A stretch of DNA of 31,153 nt from a virus. Taxonomy: Duplodnaviria > Heunggongvirae > Uroviricota > Caudoviricetes. Under the pieces are notes generated by a model, which saw nothing but the letters and a program-made list of their open reading frames with translations, searched no databases and was not told where the DNA came from. The stretch lies in the IMG/VR virus record IMGVR_UViG_2671180603_000011, positions 1 to 31,153 of that record; one strand, given 5' to 3'. The translations under genes were made by a program, and so were the position numbers. Of this stretch, positions 1-8,241 are shown in pieces (positions within the stretch are counted from its first letter, which is position 1; each line of letters begins with the position of its first letter).

Positions 1-28
1 AAAGTGATCTACTATTCCGCGCAGCTAT

Positions 29-493
29 TTAGATTCGTCTCGCCTGCCAGAAATTTTTCTGCCAATAGACATTATCAAGTGAGGAACGCATCACTCCCTT
101 GCTGGTAGAGGCGTGGATAAATTGGTTGTTGGTATCGTAAATACCTACATGCAAACCATTTTGTCCGGAACCCGTTTTGAAAAAGACCAGGTCACCAGGC
201 AGCAACTCGTCTTTATCAATTTGCGTGCCGATAGAGGCTTGTTCTTTGGTTTCTCGGGGCAGCTGCAAATCGAAACGATCGCGCATCGTTACAACCACAA
301 ATCCCGAACAGTCCACACCGCGCCGCGTCATGCCACCATAACGATACGGCGTGCCATGCCAGCTTTGTAGCTGGTCGTTCAAACCGGCAATAACGGTAAT
401 CGAATCAGAAAGTCTGGCATTTGGCGGCGGTGCTTTATGGTGGCTACACCCGGCCAGAAACAGTGCTGTGATCAAAATAAGGCAGAAACGCAT
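29..493 (-). CDS. nlpC: NlpC/P60-family lipoprotein (peptidoglycan endopeptidase family)
   Basis: 154 aa ORF; N-terminal signal peptide with lipobox LFLAGC; C-terminal Cys-containing papain-like fold typical of NlpC/P60; lies directly downstream of btuD as in the E. coli btuCED-nlpC arrangement. Confidence 0.8.
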   Translation of the reverse strand: MRFCLILITALFLAGCSHHKAPPPNARLSDSITVIAGLNDQLQSWHGTPYRYGGMTRRGVDCSGFVVVTMRDRFDLQLPRETKEQASIGTQIDKDELLPGDLVFFKTGSGQNGLHVGIYDTNNQFIHASTSKGVMRSSLDNVYWQKNFWQARRI

Positions 494-570
494 TCCGTAC
501 GGTTCCTCTGTTTTTTATTCTTGCATTAATTTAGCGTCGTAATTACCCGATTTTCAAGATACTAATGAAA

Positions 571-1320
571 TCAGATGGTCGAAATCAGCATTCTGTGACC
601 TTCGATATCCAGACGGCGAAAATTCATCCCATAGGCCTGCGCCAGATTTGGCGGCGTGAGCACCTCTTCTCTGCGTCCACTGGCCAGCATTTTTCCACCT
701 TTTAGCAACCACGCCCGATGCGCATGACGCAATGTGTGGTTGAGATCGTGACTGCTCATCACAATCGCCAGTCCTTGCTGACACAGAGCGCTCAGAATTT
801 TGTCTAACGCACTTTGTTGCGCAACATCAAGACTGTTCATCGGCTCATCAAGAAGCAGCAATTGGCCTGCGGGATTGGCTTGTGGTGTGATTTGCAGCAC
901 CACCGCAGCAAGACGTACGCGTTGCCATTCACCGCCGGAAAGTTGATTGGTGCTACGTCCGAGTTTGTCATCAAGAGCCAGCGCCCCTGCGACATCATTC
1001 AGTAGTTCGGTACGCGTTTTATCGTGCTGATGCAGTGTCAGATAGTGCCAGACCGGCATTGCAAACGGCGGCGTCTGCTGTTGTGAAAGATAGGCGCGAT
1101 GCAGCGCGAGTTTTGTTGCGGACCATGCTTCCAGTGGTTGCCCCGCGAACTGAATACTTCCCTTACCGCTGGTCATTCCGGCCATTCGTGCCAGTAAGGT
1201 ACTCTTACCCGCGCCATTCGGCCCCACCAGGTGCAGGATCTCCCCAGCCCGAACCTCGCCAGAAAGTGGCCCCAGGCGGGTAGATTCCGCAACATCCTGT
1301 AACTGCATCACAATAGACAT
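571..1320 (-). CDS. btuD: Vitamin B12 ABC importer ATP-binding subunit
   Basis: 249 aa; Walker [13 protein letters not shown] signature LSGGEWQRV, Walker B LLLDEP; start overlaps the btuE stop. Confidence 0.9.
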
Positions 1321-1871
1321 TATTTTGCCAACGCCAGTTTAATGCTTTCCATCACAATGGGGTCTTCCGGCGTCATATCCGGGGAAAAACGCTGGATGAC
1401 CAATCCGTCCCTGCCAACTAAAAATTTCTCAAAATTCCATAAAATATCATCAGGGTACAGCGGTGCACGACCTTTGCTGACCATACGGGCATAGAATCCG
1501 CTCTCTTCCGGCGCGACTGCGGTCGGCGCTGCGGCAATCAATTTTTGATACAGCGGATGGCGTCCTTCGCCGTTAACTTCAATCTTACTGAACATCGGGA
1601 ACGTCACCCCCCATGTGGTGGTACAGTAAGTTTTAATCTCTTCATCGCTGCCCGGTTCTTGTTCCAGAAACTGGTTGCACGGGAATCCCAGCACCACAAA
1701 ACCTCGATCGGCCCAGGCTTTCTGAATATTCTCCAACTGCTCATATTGCGGCGTTAAGCCACACTTTGAGGCGACATTGACAATCAACAGCACATTACCG
1801 GCGTACTTCTCCAGCGTGGTCACTTCACCGTCGATATCTTTCACTACGGTCGTCAGAATGGAATCTTGCAT
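1320..1871 (-). CDS. btuE: Glutathione peroxidase family thioredoxin/glutathione peroxidase
   Basis: 183 aa; GPx active-site region [12 protein letters not shown] with catalytic Cys; sits between btuC and btuD. Confidence 0.9.
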
Positions 1872-1933
1872 CGTTTCTCCTGGGTGTGGTCAGTAAAAAT
1901 CTTAGCTTTTAATCATAGACCGTCTTTTTGCGG

Positions 1934-2914
1934 CTAACGTCCTGCTTTTAACAATAACCAGATAAACACCGGCGCACCCAACGTTGCGGTGACCACGCCA
2001 ATAGGCAGCTCTGCGGCAGCTAATGCCAGGCGCGCTACAATATCGGCCAGCAGCACTGCGCTCGCCCCTGCCAGCGCGCAGCCGGGAAGTAATACGCGAT
2101 GATCGGTTAAACCACACAACCGAAGAATATGTGGGATCACCAGACCAATAAAGCCGATAGCACCCGCCAGCGCCACACTGACGCCAACCATCCAGCCGGT
2201 CGCTGCCACCAGCACATTGCGCCAGAACCACAGGGGTAAACCCAGTTGCCGCGCCGAGATCTCGCCAAGTGCTAACATATTCATCGGCCTGGACTGACAA
2301 CAGATCCACAACAACACGGGGATCAATGCCAGCATCAGCCAGCTTTGCCGCCAGTCTACGCCGCCAAAACCGCCCATCATCCAGTACATCAGCTGACGTA
2401 AATCAACAGAGGTGGAAAAGTAGATAGCCCACGTCATTAGTGCGCTACAGATAATCCCTAATGCAACGCCAGCCAGCAATAACCGACTGGTCGAAAGATG
2501 ACGACGGGCGAAACGTAAGAGTATTAAAGTGATGATAAGCGCGCCAGCAATCGCACACAGCCCTAGCGCCCAGTTGGGGAGTTGCCCTTGCCCAAGCAAT
2601 ACCGCGGCGATAAGCCCCACGCCTGCGCCGTTAGAGACGCCAAGTAGTCCAGGTTCTGCCAGAGGATTTTCAAACAACGCCTGCATTACAGCGCCGGATA
2701 TAGCCAGCGCCGCACCAACCAGCAATACAGCCAGCGTACGTGGCAGGCGAATTTGCCAGACGAACAGTTCGCCACGAGGAGTAAACCAGTCACCTGGCGA
2801 AATCCATTGTTCACCGGCGCAAAGGCTTAAGAGAAGCGCCAGCAGCATCAAAACTGACAGGCATAATAACCAGCGAATATTTTGTCGCTGTTGTTGGCGG
2901 GCAAGTGTCAGCAT
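1934..2914 (-). CDS. btuC: Vitamin B12 ABC importer permease
   Basis: 326 aa, highly hydrophobic multi-span membrane protein of the FecCD/BtuC permease type; first gene of the btuCED cluster. Confidence 0.9.
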   Translation of the reverse strand: MLTLARQQQRQNIRWLLCLSVLMLLALLLSLCAGEQWISPGDWFTPRGELFVWQIRLPRTLAVLLVGAALAISGAVMQALFENPLAEPGLLGVSNGAGVGLIAAVLLGQGQLPNWALGLCAIAGALIITLILLRFARRHLSTSRLLLAGVALGIICSALMTWAIYFSTSVDLRQLMYWMMGGFGGVDWRQSWLMLALIPVLLWICCQSRPMNMLALGEISARQLGLPLWFWRNVLVAATGWMVGVSVALAGAIGFIGLVIPHILRLCGLTDHRVLLPGCALAGASAVLLADIVARLALAAAELPIGVVTATLGAPVFIWLLLKAGR

Positions 2915-2974
2915 GGTATCCGTTCTGCTGAAGTGTCATGGCGTTGATTTTACGGTGACTCTTCGACAGTGAAA

Positions 2975-2997
2975 AGAAAAAAGGCCGCAGAGCGGCC
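2975..2997 (-). terminator. Rho-independent terminator-like hairpin upstream of btuC
   Basis: Plus strand reads GGCCGC-aga-GCGGCC preceded by AAAAAA, so on the minus strand a GC hairpin is followed by a T-run. It lies about 60 bp upstream of the btuC start and 110 bp downstream of the stop of the 3107..3688 gene. Confidence 0.5.
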
Positions 2998-3106
2998 ATA
3001 ATTACATTCAAAAATCAATAAGTTACATGATTATCAATAACTTACAGACACACAAAAACACAGCCAACCACAGCAAGTAACAGGGATGTGGTCACTTTGT
3101 GGATCA

Positions 3107-3688
3107 TCAGCCAACAAATTTAGCAACAAAATACGCGACCGCCGCCGTGAAAATGGTTGTGCACACTGGCACAATAATGCCACTCCAACGCCACTTCGTA
3201 TTATCATCAACCTTGTCAAACCGCCGATTCATCTCATCCATAATCTTGTCAAAGCGTTTATCCATCGCTTCGGTAAGCTCACCCTTCAGGCTGTTAATGT
3301 CTGATTTGAGCTGCTCTTTCAGGTTAGCTGTATCAGATTTAAGCTCACCTTTCAGATTCGCAATATCGCATTTAAGCTCACCTTTCAGATGAGCAATGTC
3401 TGCTTTGAGCTCACCCTTCACCTCACCAACATCGGCTTTGGTTGAGAGGTTTGTAGTGCGTTCAGCAAGCGTCGCAAGGTCGTTTCTTGTTAGCGATAAA
3501 TCACTTTCGAGTCGCTCAATTCGCCTTTCAAGTTTATCTGACATTCCACCTCCACTACTGCCGCCATCGCCGCCATCGCCGCCATCGCCGCCATCGCCGC
3601 CATGATAAAGCACATCACGCTCAGAATGCGACATACTACCTGCTGAATTACCGAAAAGGTTTCTTGCTACATTACCCATTTTCACCAT
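3107..3688 (-). CDS. Membrane-anchored coiled-coil protein with Gly/Asp tract and 11-residue repeats (XhlA/DUF1640-like architecture); function unknown
   Basis: 193 aa; (GDG)n tract; four tandem 11-aa heptad-like repeats (D-I-A-x-L-K-G-E-L-K-x); C-terminal hydrophobic anchor IIVPVCTTIFTAAVAYFVAKFVG. Start overlaps the upstream gene by 17 nt. Architecture assigned from sequence features only. Confidence 0.5.
   Translation of the reverse strand: MVKMGNVARNLFGNSAGSMSHSERDVLYHGGDGGDGGDGGDGGSSGGGMSDKLERRIERLESDLSLTRNDLATLAERTTNLSTKADVGEVKGELKADIAHLKGELKCDIANLKGELKSDTANLKEQLKSDINSLKGELTEAMDKRFDKIMDEMNRRFDKVDDNTKWRWSGIIVPVCTTIFTAAVAYFVAKFVG
3293..3427. repeat. About four imperfect tandem copies of a 33-bp unit inside the 3107..3688 coding sequence
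   Basis: Repeating core agctcacctttcag with periodic flanks (tcagatttaagctcacctttcagattcgcaata / tcgcatttaagctcacctttcagatgagcaatg ...); encodes the 11-aa protein repeats. Confidence 0.7.
3561..3603. repeat. Tandem 9-bp repeat (ccgccatcg, about 4.8 copies) inside the 3107..3688 coding sequence
   Basis: Perfect head-to-tail copies at 3561, 3570, 3579 and 3588 plus a partial copy; encodes the GDGGDGGDGGDGG tract; in-frame unit length. Confidence 0.85.
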
Positions 3689-4172
3689 CCTGTGCTTTGT
3701 CTTTCTCCAACCACTTCAGCACCGCAGACGTACGGTAAAGGCTCAGGTAACCACAATTCAGGCAATGCAGCGTGTAATAAGTTTTGCGCATATCAGGTAT
3801 GCTCTTAACATCACCCAAAAAAGTATAAGATACATAATGCTTTATGTTCTCTTTAATTAACTCACTCTGCTCCTCCAAGGGTAGATTGTTAAAATTTTCT
3901 GGTTTCTTATTTTTATCCCAGCAAAGATCCATACTTTCAGGCACAGATAATCGAGACGATCCACATGAAGGGCAGACACTGGAAACCCCCTTCTCAGACA
4001 AGAAACGGAAGAAGATTTCTGGCGTAATCTCCATCAGCCGCTCCTTATGTTTATTGACACGACTCATCGACTTCTTATTGATTTCATCAGCTTCTTCTTT
4101 GCATTTATCTTCTATATATTTCGATAGTAAATAGTCATATAACTCTTTTTTTGTAGGTTTTTTTATTTCCAT
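3672..4172 (-). CDS. Hypothetical Lys/Glu-rich protein with a four-Cys zinc-ribbon-like signature (CPSCG ... HCLNCG)
   Basis: 166 aa; markedly AT-rich compared with flanking genes; ATG is 3 nt downstream of the int stop, with a GGGAGGA Shine-Dalgarno lying inside the last int codons. Confidence 0.5.
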   Translation of the reverse strand: MEIKKPTKKELYDYLLSKYIEDKCKEEADEINKKSMSRVNKHKERLMEITPEIFFRFLSEKGVSSVCPSCGSSRLSVPESMDLCWDKNKKPENFNNLPLEEQSELIKENIKHYVSYTFLGDVKSIPDMRKTYYTLHCLNCGYLSLYRTSAVLKWLEKDKAQDGENG

Positions 4173-4174
4173 AG

Positions 4175-5152
4175 TTACATTCCTCCCAAGGGATTAAACC
4201 TCACCGCATCCTGCAGGTAATCCGGCGCAAGATGGGCATAAATCATCGTTGTCTGAATCTTTGCGTGCCCCAGAATTTTCTGGAGCGTCAGAATATTGCC
4301 GCCGTTCATCATGAAATGACTGGCGAAGGTGTGGCGCAGCGCATGAACAGCCTGGCCGTCAGGAACATCAGGTGCGACCGTTTTGATGACATCGCGAACC
4401 AATGGATAATCCAGCGTTGGAAACACTAGTTTCCCGCCCCGTTTTTTGATCTTTTCAAACAGATTTTCGGAGATCGGGACAGTGCGGTTTTTACTGTTCT
4501 TCGTTTTTGAAAAAGTGATTCGACAATGAAGAACACGGCGCTGCTCCAGTGCCGCTACCTCGCCCCATCGCGCCCCGGTCGACAGAAGGATTTCGACAGC
4601 CAGCCGTTCATCGGGATTTTCAGCCAGTGCATCCAGCAACTGAACACATTCAGACTTACTCAGGTATCCCATTTCGCGCTCGTTAACCTTCATTCCTTTA
4701 AGGCCTTGAACGGGGTTATCGTTAAGAAAATGGCCGGATGAGATGAGTGCGGTAAACATCGCGCTTAACGCCCCAATCTCTCGATTTATGGTGCTGGGCT
4801 GTATCCCCTGCTCTATCCTGGACACACGTAGCTCGGTGAACATCGTTGTATTAAGTTTATGCACGCACGGGTCATCCATTGCCTCACTCAAGCGCAGCAA
4901 TTTAAGGCGCGTGTTATGCCCTGACTTCATTAGCTGGCCGTGGTATTTCCACCACAAGTCAATAAGCACTGACAGAGGACGGCGATCAATGGAGTTTCCT
5001 TTCCACTCATTGTTATGCTGTTGCGCCAGCACCCACCGCTCATATAAAACTGCATCCGATTTCGTTTTAAATTTTTTGCGAATGCGTCTGCCCTTACGTC
5101 CCCCCGGGCGCATATCCAGCAGGTATCCTCCTGCAATTGATTTTATGCTCAT
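4175..5152 (-). CDS. int: Tyrosine recombinase, P2-type phage integrase
   Basis: Catalytic-domain motifs HALRHTFASHF (H-x-x-R) and LGHAKIQTTMIYAHL (Tyr nucleophile); N-terminal GRKGRRIRKKF arm-binding-like region resembles P2 Int as recalled. The ORF track extends to 5263; start placed at the MSIKSIAGG Met at 5152 so the gene no longer overlaps the repressor. Confidence 0.9.
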   Translation of the reverse strand: MSIKSIAGGYLLDMRPGGRKGRRIRKKFKTKSDAVLYERWVLAQQHNNEWKGNSIDRRPLSVLIDLWWKYHGQLMKSGHNTRLKLLRLSEAMDDPCVHKLNTTMFTELRVSRIEQGIQPSTINREIGALSAMFTALISSGHFLNDNPVQGLKGMKVNEREMGYLSKSECVQLLDALAENPDERLAVEILLSTGARWGEVAALEQRRVLHCRITFSKTKNSKNRTVPISENLFEKIKKRGGKLVFPTLDYPLVRDVIKTVAPDVPDGQAVHALRHTFASHFMMNGGNILTLQKILGHAKIQTTMIYAHLAPDYLQDAVRFNPLGGM

Positions 5153-5201
5153 TCGTGAAACCCCAGCGTTACAAGACCACCACGCCCCCAGCGTTCCATG
5201 A

Positions 5202-5513
5202 TTAGCCGGGCTGTGTGCCAGTCTTGCGGGGTCTTTGTGAACGAGATGTGACATCGTACCCATCAGGGGAGAGAGAGGGACTTATCTGTCCGGCCGCTTC
5301 GTTAGTTTCATCACTCATCAGCCAAGTCGTGTATTTTTTGAGTTGTGGATGCATCGTTACTTTGAGCAAAACTTCAGTCCCTACCCCCCTAATTCCTGTT
5401 TCGTACTGTTTGACCGTACCAACCGCAATACCTATTAAATCCGCAAACTTAGCCTGACTTAGCCCCTCAGATTCCCGAATTGCTTTTAATTTATTCGAAA
5501 TTTCCATTGACAT
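5202..5513 (-). CDS. Immunity repressor candidate, small XRE/Cro-C1-type HTH protein (P2 C / 186 cI position)
   Basis: HTH LSQAKFADLIGIAVGTVKQYETG; immediately upstream of int on the same strand; ATG at 5513 has AGGTG six nt upstream. The track ORF starts at a GTG at 5522. Confidence 0.7.
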   Translation of the reverse strand: MSMEISNKLKAIRESEGLSQAKFADLIGIAVGTVKQYETGIRGVGTEVLLKVTMHPQLKKYTTWLMSDETNEAAGQISPSLSPDGYDVTSRSQRPRKTGTQPG

Positions 5514-5536
5514 GGTGTGCACCTGACTACTATATT
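5507..5536 (+). promoter_or_regulatory. Near-consensus sigma70 promoter (TTGACA, 18-bp spacer, TATATT) reading rightward into the early operon
   Basis: TTGACA at 5507-5512 and TATATT at 5531-5536. The -35 overlaps the first codons of the leftward repressor gene, so the repressor promoter must lie to the right and the two transcripts converge. Confidence 0.55.
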
Positions 5537-5606
5537 GGTTATCAGTTGAGTACCACTTGACGCTAGAAAAGCCACAAATAGCACCAGATTTAACAGGTTA
5601 TCACAC

Positions 5607-5885
5607 ATGGCAGAAGTCCTGAACACACACGAACAAGCGGATTTGGAGCGTTTGGCGGCGTTCTATCCCTACCGCGATGAGCATGGATTACCAGTACTTG
5701 AAGAAAGCCTGAAAGATTACGCAAAGCGTACCAACCAAGCTTTTAACACCGTGAAAAGACAGGCTGACAGGGGTTCGATTCCCATCAACCAGGGTGAAAA
5801 GAACTCAAGACGCACAGTAAATCTCTTCGCTCTTTTCCTGAAAACCATCAGGAGCGCAGAGAAATACGTGCAGATGACAAAATAA
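5607..5885 (+). CDS. First early-operon protein (occupies the Cox/Apl position); function not established
   Basis: 92 aa ORF directly downstream of the rightward promoter and divergent from the repressor. Positional inference only. Confidence 0.35.
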   Translation: MAEVLNTHEQADLERLAAFYPYRDEHGLPVLEESLKDYAKRTNQAFNTVKRQADRGSIPINQGEKNSRRTVNLFALFLKTIRSAEKYVQMTK

Positions 5886-5899
5886 CGAGGTGTCATTTT

Positions 5900-6238
5900 A
5901 TGCTGAAGCAACGCCGTAATTTTCGCACCGAAACGGAACGCCAAGCTAACCGTTTCGCTACCAGCGCATCACGCAGCAACATCCGCTACAGCCTGAGCGA
6001 GACGCACGCAACGCCAGATGGCCATACAGTAAAACAAATTGGCGAGCATACCTGGATGATTGAGAAAGCTGGAATAGTGGTCCACAAATACCCGCGCAAT
6101 CCGTTTACCGGAAACCGCATTTTTGCTCTGAGCTGCGGCGACAATCAGTTCGGGCAGGATTTCACGTTGTACGAAGCGCTACGCACAGTTGATCGCCTTC
6201 TTTACGGAGAAAATTTTATTAAACAGGCTGAGTTATAA
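5900..6238 (+). CDS. Hypothetical early protein
   Basis: 112 aa ORF in the co-directional early gene string. Confidence 0.4.
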   Translation: MLKQRRNFRTETERQANRFATSASRSNIRYSLSETHATPDGHTVKQIGEHTWMIEKAGIVVHKYPRNPFTGNRIFALSCGDNQFGQDFTLYEALRTVDRLLYGENFIKQAEL

Positions 6239-6279
6239 CAGCGGGTTTATCACCGGTTATTTTTAACGAGGACTCCGTT

Positions 6280-6522
6280 ATGAGAAAACACACAGCAGAA
6301 CAGGTAAACGAATTTCTGCAGGGATATTACTTCGATAACGAAATTAATCCCCGCGCCAGAAAAACACACTTCGAAGTAATGAAGTGCGGAATATTCAGCG
6401 TCCGCAACACCCTGTTTTGTTCAAAAGATACGGGAGCCAGCGAGGACCTTAAAGAACTTAACCGGATGGCGAAACAATTAACGGATGGCATGGTTCCCGA
6501 ACCCGCAATAATTACGGAGTAA
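6280..6522 (+). CDS. Hypothetical early protein
   Basis: 80 aa ORF in the early gene string. Confidence 0.4.
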   Translation: MRKHTAEQVNEFLQGYYFDNEINPRARKTHFEVMKCGIFSVRNTLFCSKDTGASEDLKELNRMAKQLTDGMVPEPAIITE

Positions 6523-6527
6523 TCACG

Positions 6528-6713
6528 ATGAATTTCAGTTATTCATTCAGTGTACCGAAGTCGTTATTTGTTATCACACTGATTGCAGCCGCAATGTTTT
6601 TTGCCATCTGCATACTGACACTTATTGATACATGGCGGGAAATACGCGACAGACGTCGTCAGAAAAAAAACGGGATGCATATAACGCATTTATTCAGCAC
6701 AAAGAAGAAGTAG
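6528..6713 (+). CDS. Small single-pass membrane protein with basic C-terminal tail
   Basis: 61 aa; hydrophobic helix LFVITLIAAAMFFAICILTLI followed by REIRDRRRQKK; lower GC than neighbours. Confidence 0.4.
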   Translation: MNFSYSFSVPKSLFVITLIAAAMFFAICILTLIDTWREIRDRRRQKKNGMHITHLFSTKKK

Positions 6714-6810
6714 AGCGTAAAGCACGCCGCCGTCTTTAGTTAATTAACCGGTTCCGTTAATACACCGCTCACGCGGCGGAATTCGCACAATCTGAATAAG
6801 GGAAATAAAA

Positions 6811-7233
6811 ATGATTAATCCGACACTCACCCTCAAAGATAAAGCCCTTGCGGGCGCAATGTTTTTACGCAACTACGCCGCAATGATGGCTGACACTGAC
6901 AACCCGATGATGGTGCTGTCAGTGGAGCCTCACCTTATCGCCGCAGACGCAATTGAACAGGTGGTACAGGAAAACACCTGTCTGAGAAATCAGCTTGCCA
7001 CCCTTCAGACAGCAGCTGACCCGGCAAAGGAAAGTGCTGAACACACCTGCCACACCACATTCATCAAAGGGACCCGCGTATGTCTGAAAAACAGTCCGCA
7101 GCAACGCGGAACGGTCGTTGACACCCGCACCAGTAGCCCCGCCATTGACCGGGTTTTCGTCCGTTTCGATTCCCCCTTCGAGGAAGATCGCTGGGTAAAG
7201 ACCAGAAACCTGGAAATAACCCCCGACAAATGA
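6811..7233 (+). CDS. Hypothetical early protein
   Basis: 140 aa ORF preceded by a GGGAAA Shine-Dalgarno-like sequence. Confidence 0.4.
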   Translation: MINPTLTLKDKALAGAMFLRNYAAMMADTDNPMMVLSVEPHLIAADAIEQVVQENTCLRNQLATLQTAADPAKESAEHTCHTTFIKGTRVCLKNSPQQRGTVVDTRTSSPAIDRVFVRFDSPFEEDRWVKTRNLEITPDK

Positions 7234-7487
7234 AGCTGATTATCCCTGCGCGACACCGCAAAAACCGGATGAAGCCAGGGGGAAAGCCGGAACGGGCAGC
7301 AAGGGCGGCATACCGTCGCCTGCTGAAGGGGGACCGGTCACACGTGCGACGGCTGGAGCGGGTACCGCCCGCCCGCGTCATCAACGTCATGTACCGTTAC
7401 CGGCTGTTAAGTCTGGACGAAGGCCGGACATGGGTACTGCTTAACCATAACGAATACGTGAAGAGGATAAGACGATGTTACAGATGA
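7230..7487 (+). CDS. Hypothetical highly basic small protein
   Basis: 85 aa, Arg/Lys-rich; start overlaps the stop of the preceding ORF. Confidence 0.35.
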   Translation: MKLIIPARHRKNRMKPGGKPERAARAAYRRLLKGDRSHVRRLERVPPARVINVMYRYRLLSLDEGRTWVLLNHNEYVKRIRRCYR

Positions 7488-8005
7488 AATTTAAGCCCTG
7501 CTTTATTGACGCATTCCGCAACGGACGCAAGACCACATCCCTTCGCCCGACGGGGTTTGATTGCTACCAGGCGGGCCAGGAGTCAGCAGAATATTTTCAT
7601 GAAGACACCCTGACCCGCAACATCGTTCTTCCCGATTACAGCGCCGGCGGTACCCTGGTTTTTGAGGAGGGAACCACATTTACCCGCGCATCAGACTTTG
7701 CCGGACTCCTGAAAAGACAGCCCTACCGGCAGTATGACAACATTCATCTGGTCACAGAAAACAAGAACGGCGAAACCGTGCCGTTCGCCGTGGCCTTCAT
7801 TGCCGATATCGGTGTAATACAGGGCCGCCAGATAACCGATGAAGTGGCCGTCAGGGACGGCTTTAACCCTGAAAACCATCCCCGCGACGAACTCTTTGCA
7901 TTCATGCGGGACACCTGCCACATAGAAAACCCCAAAAACGAAACCTACTGGCGGTACACCTTCACCCACATCGTGATGTTGTCGCAGTGGAGGGCTGACG
8001 CATGA
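7475..8005 (+). CDS. ASCH (PUA-like) domain protein candidate
   Basis: N-terminal FKPCFIDAFRNGRKTTSLR resembles the ASCH opening motif (hydrophobic-x-G-x-K-T-x-E/T-x-R) as in E. coli YqfB; C-terminal extension of unknown function. Confidence 0.4.
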   Translation: MLQMKFKPCFIDAFRNGRKTTSLRPTGFDCYQAGQESAEYFHEDTLTRNIVLPDYSAGGTLVFEEGTTFTRASDFAGLLKRQPYRQYDNIHLVTENKNGETVPFAVAFIADIGVIQGRQITDEVAVRDGFNPENHPRDELFAFMRDTCHIENPKNETYWRYTFTHIVMLSQWRADA

Positions 8006-8241
8006 AACCCGCCATTATCTGCATTCTGTGCGAGAGCACTGTCACCGGCGACCATTACCGCATCAGGGAACGCCACATCAACCCTGACCGTTCGCTGCTG
8101 GACAACATCACCGGCCCGGATGATGAACGCGTGATCTGCCTGAACGACGGCTCGCAGTTACGCGTGCGCAATATCCGGCGCGAAATCACGCTCGAACCCA
8201 CCCCATTCACACGCGGGAAAAAACCGGAGAGTGACGCATGA
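8002..8241 (+). CDS. Hypothetical small protein with a CxxC pair
   Basis: 79 aa; start overlaps the upstream stop and its stop overlaps the methyltransferase start. Confidence 0.35.
   Translation: MKPAIICILCESTVTGDHYRIRERHINPDRSLLDNITGPDDERVICLNDGSQLRVRNIRREITLEPTPFTRGKKPESDA

Noticed and set aside
113-2972. Plus-strand ORFs antisense to nlpC, btuD, btuE and btuC (e.g. 113..370, 1035..1283, 2529..2972)
   Set aside because: Each lies wholly inside a well-supported minus-strand host gene and has no independent signal.
2915-3106. tRNA gene as integration target at the left junction
   Set aside because: No cloverleaf-compatible sequence (acceptor stem pairing, T-loop GTTC-type motif) is visible; the integrase looks P2-type, which uses non-tRNA sites.
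3293-3427. Possible CRISPR array, because of regularly spaced 33-bp repeats
   Set aside because: Repeats are imperfect, directly adjacent without unique spacers, lie inside a protein-coding frame and encode a coiled-coil repeat; no cas genes nearby.
3099-3738. Three plus-strand ORFs (3099..3392, 3396..3605, 3487..3738) with repetitive SPPSPP or RHRRH translations
   Set aside because: They are antisense or off-frame reads of the tandem repeats in the minus-strand 3107..3688 gene; the repeat periodicity generates artificial open frames.
6713-6810. Possible terminator or regulatory hairpin between the small membrane-protein gene and the next early gene
   Set aside because: Only a 6-bp inverted repeat (CCGCCG/CGGCGG) separated by about 40 nt with no T-run; too weak to call.
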